DNA of 64,000 nt, taken from Candidatus Obscuribacteraceae bacterium. Lineage in GTDB: Bacteria; Cyanobacteriota; Vampirovibrionia; Obscuribacterales; Obscuribacteraceae. The position numbers and the translations under genes were made by a program. This document shows positions 39,185 through 49,039 of the stretch, one piece after another. The notes beneath the pieces were generated by a model. That model had not been told where the DNA came from. It worked only from the letters and a program-made list of their open reading frames with translations, and made no database searches. Each line of letters opens with the position of its first letter. Position 1 is the stretch's first letter. The stretch covers positions 32,001 through 96,000 of the forward strand of contig JBGASG010000003.1 in NCBI GenBank assembly GCA_044229845.1, in the 5' to 3' direction.

Positions 39185-40276
39185 TTATGTAATTCCCGCT
39201 GAGCTGTCCTGCGTTTCTTCCGCTGAGCTGTCGTGCGTTTCTTCCGTCCGCTCGGCACTATCTGCGGTGGCGACATATGCGCCGCCCTGCGCATAAATGT
39301 GAGCGATGACGTCTTCCAGAGGCGGATTCTCGATGGTGATGTCAGCAACTGGAGCGCACTGAAGAACCGTTTCCACAACCTTTTCTATAGGAACGATCGT
39401 GGTGTCGACATTCAGTTTGATCGCGTAACCGACCGCTTCAAAGACCTCCACTCCCGGCAAACTGATCGGCTGCGGCGTCTCATGGAATTTGACGCTCAGC
39501 ACCTTGGACCGCAAGAACTCGCGACGTATGCGCGACACCTTATCGTCGATCACCACCCGTCCATGGTTAATGACGATCACACGTTTAGCCACATGTTCGA
39601 TGTCTCCGGCATCATGACTGGTCAGGAAGACAGTCAATCCTTCGTCGCGATTCCATTCGCGAATCAGGTCGCGCAACTCCTGGCGAGCGACAACGTCTAG
39701 TCCGATCGTCGGCTCATCAAGGAAAATCACTTTGGGCATGTGCAGAAGGCTGGCTGCCACTTCGGCTCGCATGCGTTGTCCCAGTGACAGCTTGCGCACA
39801 GGCGTGTTCAGAAACGCGCCGAGCGCGAACCGTTCGATCAACAGATCCCTGCGTTTCTCGTATTGAGCCCGCGGCAAATCATAGATTCTGGCCAGCAACT
39901 CAAACGTATCGCGCGGCGGCAGGTGATACCACAACTGCGAACGTTGCCCGAAAACGGCGCCGATGTGTCGCGTCAGCTTTGTCCGCTCTTGCCAGGGTAC
40001 ACAACCGAGGACACGGGCGCTGCCCGATGTCGGATGCAAAATGCCAGTCAACATCTTTATGGTCGTAGACTTACCGGCACCATTGGGTCCGATGAAAGCA
40101 ACGGATTGTCCCGTCGGGACGGAAAGCGAGATGTCGTCGACGGCTACAGTTTCCGTATTCGCGCGCTTCAGTCCTTTACCCTGTTTGCGAGTAAACGTTT
40201 TTCTCAATCTCTCAATCTCAACACCGACACTTCCCTGTGCGGACAGGGCGTTGTGCTGTTCTTCTAAGTCGCTCAT
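39185..40276 (-). CDS. ABC transporter ATP-binding protein
   Basis: GPNGAGKST, LSLGQRMR, FLDEPTIGLD and TSHD. Confidence 0.93.
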   Translation of the reverse strand: MSDLEEQHNALSAQGSVGVEIERLRKTFTRKQGKGLKRANTETVAVDDISLSVPTGQSVAFIGPNGAGKSTTIKMLTGILHPTSGSARVLGCVPWQERTKLTRHIGAVFGQRSQLWYHLPPRDTFELLARIYDLPRAQYEKRRDLLIERFALGAFLNTPVRKLSLGQRMRAEVAASLLHMPKVIFLDEPTIGLDVVARQELRDLIREWNRDEGLTVFLTSHDAGDIEHVAKRVIVINHGRVVIDDKVSRIRREFLRSKVLSVKFHETPQPISLPGVEVFEAVGYAIKLNVDTTIVPIEKVVETVLQCAPVADITIENPPLEDVIAHIYAQGGAYVATADSAERTEETHDSSAEETQDSSAGIT

Positions 40277-41014
40277 GACGGTACTCCATCGCCGACGCCG
40301 GGGTGATGCCGACGCTGACGCCGATGCCGACGCCCGATGCTGGTGCATACGATGCACACGGGTGTCGCGCGGCAGATGCAAATCTGCCCGCGGGTGTGAT
40401 TTATACCGGGCGCGAATGCCAGCGTAAGCGCAATCCTGCATATGCTCAAGGGTTTATTAGCATTTGTTGCAGAGAAACTTTGTCTCAGCGGGAACAAATC
40501 CGTTCCAAAGGTCTGTCTCCTCATCCGTATTCTGCGTTTGATAAGGGATGTGCTCAATCAGGAAACGGTTGTTCGGCACTAAAATGAAGACCAACTGCCA
40601 CCACATACGGCACTGACTAGAACGCAGAATACTCGAGAATGCAAATCTCAAATCGGAGCCACTCGGCGAGAGCACCATGGAAGGTAATCAAGTCACAAGC
40701 ATTGCTAGACCTCAGTCTGCCGGCACTGTCATTGTGAACAGACCAGCTTCCATGCCGCTTTCGTCGACCGGGCACCACGGGAGGTACCAGCGTATTTTCG
40801 TCACTTCGCTGATGAGCGCTGGCGCAACCCCGAGTTGCGACTCGGGAATTCCCGGTTGGGGTTTGGCTATACTCGGCAATGAGGAGCGAACGTAGTCCGA
40901 GCGAAATCAGTCCGAATCGAACAAAGAGTAGTTCAATCTTGGTTCGGCGGTTTTTTTGCGCCTAGCTTCACTAGGCCATCGGGCTTATAAAATGTAGAGG
41001 TATAGGTGATTAAG

Positions 41015-42097
41015 ATGAGCAAGACAGTAAAGAGAGTCCTTTTCAGTGCGGTAGCGGCCACCCTGGGCGTGATACCGATGGCAATGGCGCAACAAGAAGC
41101 CACCGTCGTGGCCGCCACTCCATCCGGCTCGTTGGTCGAGCGTACCACCGTCACTTCCGCTTGCGGAAAACTTTTCACCATCGACGCCAACGCCGATGGC
41201 TTGACCGCTGAAGAGCGTGCCACAATAATTCAAAAGAACCTGGACAACGCGTTGGTCAAAGCACTGCATCGCACACCGAATGCGGTGACCGTTGAACTGG
41301 CTAACAACAATCCGACCGTCAAACTCGACGGACTACATATCGCCACGGCCGACGGTAACAGCGCCGCCCGCGCTGGCATGACACAAATGCAACTAGCCAA
41401 CAAATGGGCAGACTCGATTCGTTTCTGCCTGTCTGACACCGCAGCGATTCAAAGATACCTGTCTTCGCTGACCGGCAACTTCCCCACTAAAAAGGTGATG
41501 GTGCAGAGTCGTGAAGAAGTAGCATACATTCCAGCCGGCAAGTTCTTGCCTATCAAACTGAACAGCGCGATCAACGGCGCCACCGCTCAAGTCGGCGACA
41601 AAATTGAAGGCATCATCTCGACTGACATTCCGCTGCAGACCAGTTATTTCGCCACCCGCTACGATGCCTACATTCCTGAAGGTTCAGTGGCGGTCGGCCG
41701 TTACATCGACGCCAGCAACAACTACCTGGGCAAAGGCGCTCTCGGCATGCAGTTCGATGAAATCCGCACTCCGAGCGGCGAAAGCATTCCAATCAACGCT
41801 CATATTCTGGGCGGACCGGGAAGCTGGGTGGTCATGAACGTCACACCTGAAAAAACCGCCTGCAGCTCGTTTGCCCGCACGCTGGAAGACAAGGGCGCCG
41901 CGGCTCTGCCGGTTCGTGCCAGCATCTGTGGTGGATGGCGCGGGTATCCGATCGCGCAAGGTCCCAACATGCCCTATCAAAAGATGACCTTGACCCGTAA
42001 AGCACCGATCGCAGTCTCCGCCGGCACGCCGATGATTCTGCAGATGACTGCTCCGACCGCACTTTCGCTGGTCACTGACGGCGCCTCCGTCATGTAG
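41015..42097 (+). CDS. Secreted protein with C-terminal TrbI/VirB10-like beta domain
   Basis: Signal peptide (AMA); IPAG..LPIKL...AQVGD...IPEGS...G...FDEI pattern. Confidence 0.7.
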   Translation: MSKTVKRVLFSAVAATLGVIPMAMAQQEATVVAATPSGSLVERTTVTSACGKLFTIDANADGLTAEERATIIQKNLDNALVKALHRTPNAVTVELANNNPTVKLDGLHIATADGNSAARAGMTQMQLANKWADSIRFCLSDTAAIQRYLSSLTGNFPTKKVMVQSREEVAYIPAGKFLPIKLNSAINGATAQVGDKIEGIISTDIPLQTSYFATRYDAYIPEGSVAVGRYIDASNNYLGKGALGMQFDEIRTPSGESIPINAHILGGPGSWVVMNVTPEKTACSSFARTLEDKGAAALPVRASICGGWRGYPIAQGPNMPYQKMTLTRKAPIAVSAGTPMILQMTAPTALSLVTDGASVM

Positions 42098-42162
42098 TCG
42101 CGAGAGAAGCGAATCAGTCAGTATCATCAAAAGAAATCATCGAAGATTTAGAGGAAATAGAA

Positions 42163-43077
42163 ATGAAACTTCAATTGAAAACACTCTTGATTGTAGCGGC
42201 GACTGTAAGTATGTCCGCTCCAGCCTTCGCCCAATTCGCGAAGGGATCATCCGTAACCATGGGCAACCAGCCTATCTTCAATCTGCAAGCCGGCGGCGGT
42301 TTCACATCGGAGAAACGTGCCTGGATCACCCAAGATCGCCTCGACAACGCGCTCGTTCTGTCGAACGATAAGTCACCGTCGGCGGTGAACATCGACCGCC
42401 GGAACGGCGCCATCATCGTCACGCTGGGCGGACGTGAGGTAGTGACTGCCTCTTCTGAAGGACAAGCTCAAGAAATTGCCGGTTCTATCAAGAACTTCTT
42501 GTCCGATTCGTCCAGAACAGAAGCCTACATTGCCCAGCTCAAGGATCCAAATCCGGTGGCTTCCAATGTGGCCGTGCTCGAGCGCCGTCTCTACTTGCCT
42601 GCCAATGCAGTATTGCCGCTCTCCTTCCTGACTGAAGTGAACAGCGAGACTGCACACGCCGGCGACCGAATTGAAGCCGTGCTGACGTCCGATTATGCGG
42701 TCGGAGGTTACGTAGTTCCTCAAGGTGCCAAAGTTATCGGCTTCCTGCATGAAACCGAACCAGGCGCCTTCCTGGTCTCCTTCAGTGAACTGAAGATGCC
42801 CACCGGCACGGTGGTTCCAATCACCGCCACGTTGACTCACGCGGCCGTTGTGGAAGCCAGCGCTCCTAAGGCAGTCTGCACGCTGGGTCTGCCAGCCGGA
42901 CCGACAGGCGATTGCCGTCATCCGTCGACGATCGCTATCGGCGGACTGGGTGGACCGGGCGCGAAACTGATCGTGCGCCGCGGCACCAACATGGTGATTG
43001 CCGCGGGTCAGCCGTTCGGGTTGCTGTTCGAGCGTCCCACGTCGGTGGCGGTCGTGGTCCGCGAAACCCACATGTAA
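42163..43077 (+). CDS. Secreted paralogue of the preceding gene
   Basis: Signal peptide (AFA), shared QxxLDNALV motif and LPA...AHAGD...VPQGAKVIG pattern. Confidence 0.7.
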   Translation: MKLQLKTLLIVAATVSMSAPAFAQFAKGSSVTMGNQPIFNLQAGGGFTSEKRAWITQDRLDNALVLSNDKSPSAVNIDRRNGAIIVTLGGREVVTASSEGQAQEIAGSIKNFLSDSSRTEAYIAQLKDPNPVASNVAVLERRLYLPANAVLPLSFLTEVNSETAHAGDRIEAVLTSDYAVGGYVVPQGAKVIGFLHETEPGAFLVSFSELKMPTGTVVPITATLTHAAVVEASAPKAVCTLGLPAGPTGDCRHPSTIAIGGLGGPGAKLIVRRGTNMVIAAGQPFGLLFERPTSVAVVVRETHM

Positions 43078-43194
43078 CCGAACCCTACTGTTTTGCGTTC
43101 GCGTACCTCCTACGTTAACCAGAACTACCCTTCAACCGCTCTCGCAAGGGAGCGGTTGTCGGTTGCAGCCGAACTTGCCCTCTCTGTAAAAGAA

Positions 43195-43244
43195 CTGGAG
43201 TGATATCACTTGAGGCTCGGTAGTCTGCAGTGATATCACTCCAG
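43195..43244. repeat. Dispersed palindrome locus, 2 copies at 30-bp period
   Basis: CTGGAGTGATATCACTTGAG (43195) and CTGCAGTGATATCACTCCAG (43225). Confidence 0.92.
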
Positions 43245-43520
43245 GATCGTGAGTCGCCCGGGTTCCTGCACTTCGTTTCGGTTGACCGCATTGAGTTCGA
43301 ACTGGGATAAGCAATCACGGTGGCAAACGGATGCCGTCGCACGCATGGCTGAGAGGGCAAAAGGTGCAGTTTATCGAATCCTTTTGCGATTATTCAGAGA
43401 CGATTTGCACTCAAAAAGCGTCCTCATGTTCCATCGTTCGCTGCTTGGAAATAGGACAGACGGTGATCTGCCTGCTGAGTTAAGAGGACGGCCGACACTT
43501 GGAGAACTCGAAAAAAACAG

Positions 43521-44579
43521 TCACAAGATGGCAATCAAAGGTGGGGAAACATAGTTGCGGATATCCGCTTTCGTTATAGCGTCAGCCGCAATACAAGACT
43601 CCAATAAAGTACCTTCCGGCCAGCGAACGGACTCGGCGAAGTATGAATAGAGACAGATGTAATGTTGGAGATACTTCCTGCTAATGCCTTGAAACTGCAA
43701 CTGAATAAACTCAATTGCATTATTGACCTTTCGGCGCACATCGTCGGATAACCTGACGTCCGCACTCCTGCCGGCATCTTCCTCGCGAACGCCTCCAACA
43801 CGAACATACCTTTGTGAGGGTAAACGCTGTGCAATGCCGCTTGCTTCCAAAAGCACTAGAGCTGATGCCAATACCCCCACCTCAATGCCTGTTCGCTCTT
43901 GCAAGACATCAATGGCCACAGGTTCATCAGTCAACTCGTTCACGATGTTTCTCTCCGTGTCACTGAGCTCAATCTGAGAGTCCAAGCCAATCGATATTTC
44001 GACCAGCGAATCGTTCGCATCTGAGTCCTCCTGCAAAAAGGGACTTCGCACATCGCCCCCGTCAGCTTCCGAAGCGGCACTCTGACGAGCCGGTGTTTCA
44101 ATGCTGCGTCGCGTCATCAATCCAACAAACGCTGACGACTGAATTAAGGCTCCGCCAGTAGTATTCAACATCCACTGGGACATGCTCATGACGATCTTCT
44201 TGAACATTGTCCAAGCCGTTCCATAGCTCACATTAGCTACTGTCGAAAATCTGTGAGGGTTCACCTCAACGCGCTTGTTGATTAACCAAACAGCAAACAG
44301 CCATTCGCGGACTAACTTGATACCGTCAAAAAACGTCCCAGCAGTCAGAGACACTCTTTGCCTACAGATTGAGCATTGAACAGTTCTGGCATCGAGGCGA
44401 TGCCACATACGGTTCGGGCACTTCTTCCGGCAATCCAGTTTTCGTCCAGCGGAACCAATGGCGTGCAGCACGTCTACGCAGTCGGCATCGGTCGGGAACT
44501 CTGCGTCGAACAGCTTTCTCTCGTTATACAGGGATTCTATTGCCTGTGCTTCTTGTTGAGGATTTTTTCGTTTTTTCAT
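43521..44579 (-). CDS. IS1595-transposase-derived protein: Zn-ribbon/HTH, DprA-like winged helix, IS1595 C-terminal motif; no recognisable DDE core
   Basis: FPTDADC, CSICRQRVSLTAGTFF and VSYGTAWTMFKKI; then ELTDEPVAIDVL...ALVLLEASGIAQRLPSQRY; then FQGISRKYLQHY. RBS GGAGGT precedes ATG 44579. Confidence 0.8.
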   Translation of the reverse strand: MKKRKNPQQEAQAIESLYNERKLFDAEFPTDADCVDVLHAIGSAGRKLDCRKKCPNRMWHRLDARTVQCSICRQRVSLTAGTFFDGIKLVREWLFAVWLINKRVEVNPHRFSTVANVSYGTAWTMFKKIVMSMSQWMLNTTGGALIQSSAFVGLMTRRSIETPARQSAASEADGGDVRSPFLQEDSDANDSLVEISIGLDSQIELSDTERNIVNELTDEPVAIDVLQERTGIEVGVLASALVLLEASGIAQRLPSQRYVRVGGVREEDAGRSADVRLSDDVRRKVNNAIEFIQLQFQGISRKYLQHYICLYSYFAESVRWPEGTLLESCIAADAITKADIRNYVSPPLIAIL

Positions 44580-44681
44580 AGTGAAGACCTCCACTATGTT
44601 CAACGCTGCTCGCAATCAAAAAGTTCAATTCACAAGATAAAACTGACAACCCCAGACTTTGCAAATTGATCGCCCAAGATC

Positions 44682-44701
44682 CTAAAGTGATATCACTTCA
44701 G
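44682..44701. repeat. Dispersed palindrome, 1 copy
   Basis: CTAAAGTGATATCACTTCAG about 100 bp upstream of ATG 44579. Confidence 0.92.
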
Positions 44702-44837
44702 ATTTTCCTGGCCTTTGGGGGCGGCCCCCGTGCCGCGGGGAACTGGCGAAGACATGGTCAAAGATGCACCTTCGCTCTCACGTTTTCCAGCATCCGTTTG
44801 AATGGGATCTTTCTTTGGGTTTTCACGCCGATTACTC

Positions 44838-46733
44838 CTATTCGAAGACAGCTGCAGCGGTGCCGTTTTGCACCGGCACTAGTTTCGATGGCTCGACGGA
44901 GGCGCCGGACTGATAGTTTCTCCACAGTTCTGCCAGTTTGCCGTTGCTCTGCAACAGCTCCTGGAATGTTCCGTGTTCAACCACACAGCCATCGTCGAAA
45001 ACGTAGATCTCATCGAAGAGATCAAGCAGATGCAGTTTATGGATCGACGAAACCAAACACTTGGAACGGAAGTACTGCAGCAGATTGTTGTAGATCAGCC
45101 GTTCGTTATACGTGTCGACACTGGATGTCGGCTCGTCAAGTAAGACGAGATCGCAATCCTTGGCGAAGAAAATTCCACGCGCGAGAGCAAGTCGCTGCTT
45201 CTCTCCACCACTAAGGTTTACACCTTTTTCAGCAATGTCGGTGTCCGGTCCGTTGGGCAATCGTCCAAGTACGGTATCGAAACGAGCAAGTTCGATAGCT
45301 TGTCCGATTTCTGCATCATCGATTTCTAGCCCGAACGATACGTTGTTGCGTATGGTATCCGCGAATATTTGCGGATCCTGCGGCAGCAGCGTCGTTGTTT
45401 CAGACAGATCAGCGAGTCCGTCAACCAGTTCTTTTCCGTCGCAAAGTACCTTAACCGAGTCGGCATGGTGTAATCCACGCAGCAGCCTCAGCAAAGTACT
45501 TTTCCCACTGCCACTTTCGCCAACGACGGCGATCGATTTGCCTTTGGACAGATTGATCCAGGCGCCATCGAGATGGTGCGTGCGTTTCTCATCATCCTCA
45601 TACCGGAAGTAGAGGTCTTGCACTGCTATGCATTGCCAGTCGGCACGCAATCGAGAGGCGTGGGCCGGTGTGCATAGAACGGCGGCAGCATCGCAAATCG
45701 TATCAGCGCTTCTGACGTCAGCCGATTGTTTGACCAACGTTCCGTATAGTGCGGAGAAATCGTAGAACGATTGTCCGATGCGTCGCAGGTATTCCCAGAG
45801 AGTGAAGAACGTTCCACCGAGTATCTTGTGTCCACCAGCCAGACTGGTAGCAACGTAGTACCACAAGACGATAACTGTCATGGAGACAATCAATATGGTG
45901 GTGATGAACCACTTCACTTCGTGCACTGAAACATTCTTTTTAAAGAGTGATATCAGTTTGAATAGCCGGGACACCACTTCGTTCATGGTGCGATCCTCAA
46001 GGCGAAGCGTAATTACTGTCTCTATGTTCGTGACGTAATCGTGCAACGCAGATGCGACATGATTGTCGTTCTTGTTGAGAGCTCCATATTGCGAGAACAG
46101 GTAACGATCGAACAGAAGTACGACCGCAAAGGATACAAGCGTGGTTGCCAATGAGACCCAACCGGCGAAGGGCAAAAAGCAGAAGAGCATGATCTGCGAT
46201 CCGACGAGCCGGAAGAACATGTAGTTGACTTCGAAAGAGTCGTCAAGGAATTGTCCGAGCGAGTTCGTGGCCCGGTTTATCTTGTCGATACTTTCGCCAG
46301 AATGGTGCTGCCTGTGCCATTTCAGAGGCAAGGCGCTAACCAACCCGAACATGTGACTTTTGTATGCCGCCTTCGTGCGGAAGGCGACGATACGTTCAAT
46401 CACACGGCCAGGACCGTGCAAAAGCCAGAACACTACCTCGATCGCAAACAACCCGCCCAGGTAGAATCCAAACTCGGCAAGGAGTTTATTGACGTCCACC
46501 TGGTTGATGTCCAGTTGCACGACGTTGAGCAGACGACCAATTACCCACGGTTCGAGCAAGGCAACAGCTTGAGCCAGAATGAACATAGTCGAATAGACAA
46601 GCATCAGCGAACGAGACTTGCCGGCATAGCGCCAGCCAGTTGCAGCCAGATGGAATATTGGGACTTTTAAAAGAGTCTTTCTGAGCAGAGCGTACATAGT
46701 TAGGTTCCTCAAGAACCAACCTGTGCGTTGCAT
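44838..46733 (-). CDS. ABC exporter, fused permease/ATP-binding protein (start uncertain)
   Basis: N-terminal TM domain; GESGSGKST, LSGGEKQR and LLDEPTS. Confidence 0.92.
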   Translation of the reverse strand: MQRTGWFLRNLTMYALLRKTLLKVPIFHLAATGWRYAGKSRSLMLVYSTMFILAQAVALLEPWVIGRLLNVVQLDINQVDVNKLLAEFGFYLGGLFAIEVVFWLLHGPGRVIERIVAFRTKAAYKSHMFGLVSALPLKWHRQHHSGESIDKINRATNSLGQFLDDSFEVNYMFFRLVGSQIMLFCFLPFAGWVSLATTLVSFAVVLLFDRYLFSQYGALNKNDNHVASALHDYVTNIETVITLRLEDRTMNEVVSRLFKLISLFKKNVSVHEVKWFITTILIVSMTVIVLWYYVATSLAGGHKILGGTFFTLWEYLRRIGQSFYDFSALYGTLVKQSADVRSADTICDAAAVLCTPAHASRLRADWQCIAVQDLYFRYEDDEKRTHHLDGAWINLSKGKSIAVVGESGSGKSTLLRLLRGLHHADSVKVLCDGKELVDGLADLSETTTLLPQDPQIFADTIRNNVSFGLEIDDAEIGQAIELARFDTVLGRLPNGPDTDIAEKGVNLSGGEKQRLALARGIFFAKDCDLVLLDEPTSSVDTYNERLIYNNLLQYFRSKCLVSSIHKLHLLDLFDEIYVFDDGCVVEHGTFQELLQSNGKLAELWRNYQSGASVEPSKLVPVQNGTAAAVFE

Positions 46734-47310
46734 TCAAGGCAATAACAACAATGCGACAGCAAAGTGCCTTCATGCAAACCAAGGTTGGTGCGGAAAACTG
46801 CGCGCAATTTATGCGCATTCGCGATGGCGACCGACAGGGTGGGCCGCGCGGAAGAGCGAATTTCCGGCTACGTCAACCTTCGGGATGCAAGATGGTGGTC
46901 ATAACTTACTGCCGTCCTCAAATACTTGGAGCGATTAACTTTGGAAATAGCACCGAGTTCCAGTCAAGGAAACACGGAGTGGGTAACCGCATTTTACAAA
47001 CTATGCGATTTGGACTCTGTCGTCAAGAACTTTTGAACAAAAAGCCAACTTTTGTTTACGGGGAAGGCCCCTGGTTGAAGAGAAAGTATTGCATAAGAGC
47101 CAGGTAGACAATTTGGAAGCTGCCGTACAGCAAGACGACTACCGCCACCGAGTCACACGAGAACAACAAAGACATGGGCACCCACCTCTCGAAAAAAGAT
47201 TCAATTTGGAGCGTCTATCTTGAGTCTATGGCGCGAAACCGATTCCGTATATTCTCAAATCGGTATTAACGAAAAGGTGTATGCGTGCGAGATTGAGAGA
47301 GGAGCAGCCA

Positions 47311-48021
47311 ATGCCGTTCAGGAGAAGACATGTAGAGCGCCACTTCCAGGGCGGCGACACGGTGCGCGACATCGTAATCGGCATGGCCGATGGATTGACG
47401 GTCCCTTTTGCTCTGGCAGCAGGACTGTCCGGCGCCGTCGCCAGCAACGGATTAATCATTACAGCCGGCCTTGCAGAAATTGCCGCAGGGGCAATCGCCA
47501 TGGGGCTGGGAGGTTTCCTTGCCGCTCACAGCCAAATCGAACACTACCTGAGCGAACGAAAACGTGAAGTAGTGGAGGTTCAGGAAGTTCCAGAAGAAGA
47601 GAAGCGCGAAGTTCGAGACGTTTTTCGCACTTATGGTCTGACCGATGAGGAAATCGCCCCGATTCTGACGGCATTTCAATCCCGTCCTAAAGACTGGGTC
47701 AACTTTATGATGCGCTTCGAACTGGGGATAGAAAAACCAGACAAGGGAGAAGCTCTGAAGAGTGCAGTCACGATTGGAGGTTCATATATCGTCGGCGGGT
47801 TGGTTCCGCTTTGTCCATATTTTTTCGTCGGCACTACACACGGTGCGCTCGAGCTGTCCATTGTTGCAACAGCCAGTGCACTCTTTCTGTTCGGCTTCAT
47901 TAAAGCCAGATTCACGGGCAGTCAGCCTTTGCTCGGTGGTCTTCAGACACTTCTGGTGGGAGCGCTGGCTGCTGCGGCAGCTTACGGCATTGCCAGGGCT
48001 ATAAGTCACACGGGCGGCTAG
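47311..48021 (+). CDS. VIT1/CCC1 family Fe/Mn transporter
   Basis: RDIVIGMADGL, AGAIAMGLGGFL, FMMRFELG and GGLVPL. Confidence 0.93.
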   Translation: MPFRRRHVERHFQGGDTVRDIVIGMADGLTVPFALAAGLSGAVASNGLIITAGLAEIAAGAIAMGLGGFLAAHSQIEHYLSERKREVVEVQEVPEEEKREVRDVFRTYGLTDEEIAPILTAFQSRPKDWVNFMMRFELGIEKPDKGEALKSAVTIGGSYIVGGLVPLCPYFFVGTTHGALELSIVATASALFLFGFIKARFTGSQPLLGGLQTLLVGALAAAAAYGIARAISHTGG

Positions 48022-48040
48022 TTATGGCGGCTCGCCAGAG

Positions 48041-48130
48041 CCGGAGTGATATCGCTTCAGCTCACGCGAAGTCTGGAGTGATATCGCTTCAGATCAGCGG
48101 CGATGGAGGGATAGGGTGATATCACTTCAG
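48041..48130. repeat. Dispersed palindrome locus, 3 copies
   Basis: CCGGAGTGATATCGCTTCAG (48041), CTGGAGTGATATCGCTTCAG (48073) and ATAGGGTGATATCACTTCAG (48111). Confidence 0.92.
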
Positions 48131-48176
48131 GATCAAGACGGATCAAGACTAGCGACGTCAAGCTGGGTCGCTTGGA

Positions 48177-48617
48177 CTACGCGTCAAACTGGTCTGGAAT
48201 CCAGCGCCCGAAGACTTCTTTCAATTGAGCGACTGTGAAAGGCTTGCTCAAATAATCATCCATGCCGGCGGCTATGCACTTATCACGGTCCCCGGTCAGC
48301 GCGCGGGCGGTGAGAGCGACAATCGGTGTGTGCTGTCCCTTGGCTGTGTCGACTTCGCGTACACATTTGGTGCAGGCCAAACCATCCACTTCAGGCATCC
48401 GCCAATCCATAAGCACCAGGGCGTAGGTGTACCGCTCCATCAATTGGATGGCTTCCTTGCAGCTGGCAGCGGCGTGCACCTCGGCACCCAACTTCTCGGC
48501 GTATGCCACCGAGATGCGTTGCTGTATAGGATTGTCCTCGACCACCAGAACCAGAGGGCGGGTATCCGGAGGAAGCGATAAATCGCTGTTGTTGGCGTAG
48601 GTTCCCTTGCCTGTCAT
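48177..48617 (-). CDS. Single-domain response regulator
   Basis: VLVVEDN, VLMD..MPEVDG, ALTA and GMDDYLSKP. Confidence 0.92.
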   Translation of the reverse strand: MTGKGTYANNSDLSLPPDTRPLVLVVEDNPIQQRISVAYAEKLGAEVHAAASCKEAIQLMERYTYALVLMDWRMPEVDGLACTKCVREVDTAKGQHTPIVALTARALTGDRDKCIAAGMDDYLSKPFTVAQLKEVFGRWIPDQFDA

Positions 48618-49039
48618 GCCATAAGCACCTGAGAGTGCGTAGACGATAGCTAAGCGTCCACTGTAACTACTTTATCAAAAATCAGGCGGCAGTCCCGAAA
48701 ATTCTCAATTGCCAATCATCTCCCCTCCAAGAAACGGTCACCAGCGCCTGATCACAGGTCCGAATTCGACCCGAACCGACTTGTTAAGAGGCTCTCAGTT
48801 GGACGATAGCAGGTAATTTCATGCGGGAGCGACCGATTTCGACCAATTTGTTGTAAAACGGCAACGTTCGGCACTGGACCCAAACACATGCCGAGCGACT
48901 CAGTGGCCATCATCCGTGGTGGCAGTGTTGCGCAAGGCTTAATTCTTACACCCATGTCAATCGTCGCGGTTTATTATATGGATGACTTTCTAGACTCTCG
49001 CCCCTGCGTCGTACGACGCATTGATGTGGAGGACCTGCC

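Noticed and set aside
40808..40830. Hammerhead ribozyme (CTGATGAG core)
   Set aside because: The stem after CUGAUGA is not followed by the required GAAA.
43195..44701. Active IS1595 insertion sequence
   Set aside because: No recognisable DDE motif, terminal inverted repeats or target duplication. Reported instead as a derived protein.
45946..45955. AGTGATATCA inside the ABC exporter (also GTGATATC near 16308)
   Set aside because: Only the core matches, inside coding sequence and without palindromic arms. Compatible with chance.
46940..47310. yybP-ykoY manganese riboswitch upstream of the VIT1 transporter
   Set aside because: Some stems are present, but I could not find the conserved GGGGAGUAG and loop motifs. 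An Rfam scan is needed.
48642..48667. ECF-type promoter upstream of the 48617 receiver (GTTAC-N17-CGTC)
   Set aside because: The -35 element has two mismatches, too weak to call.
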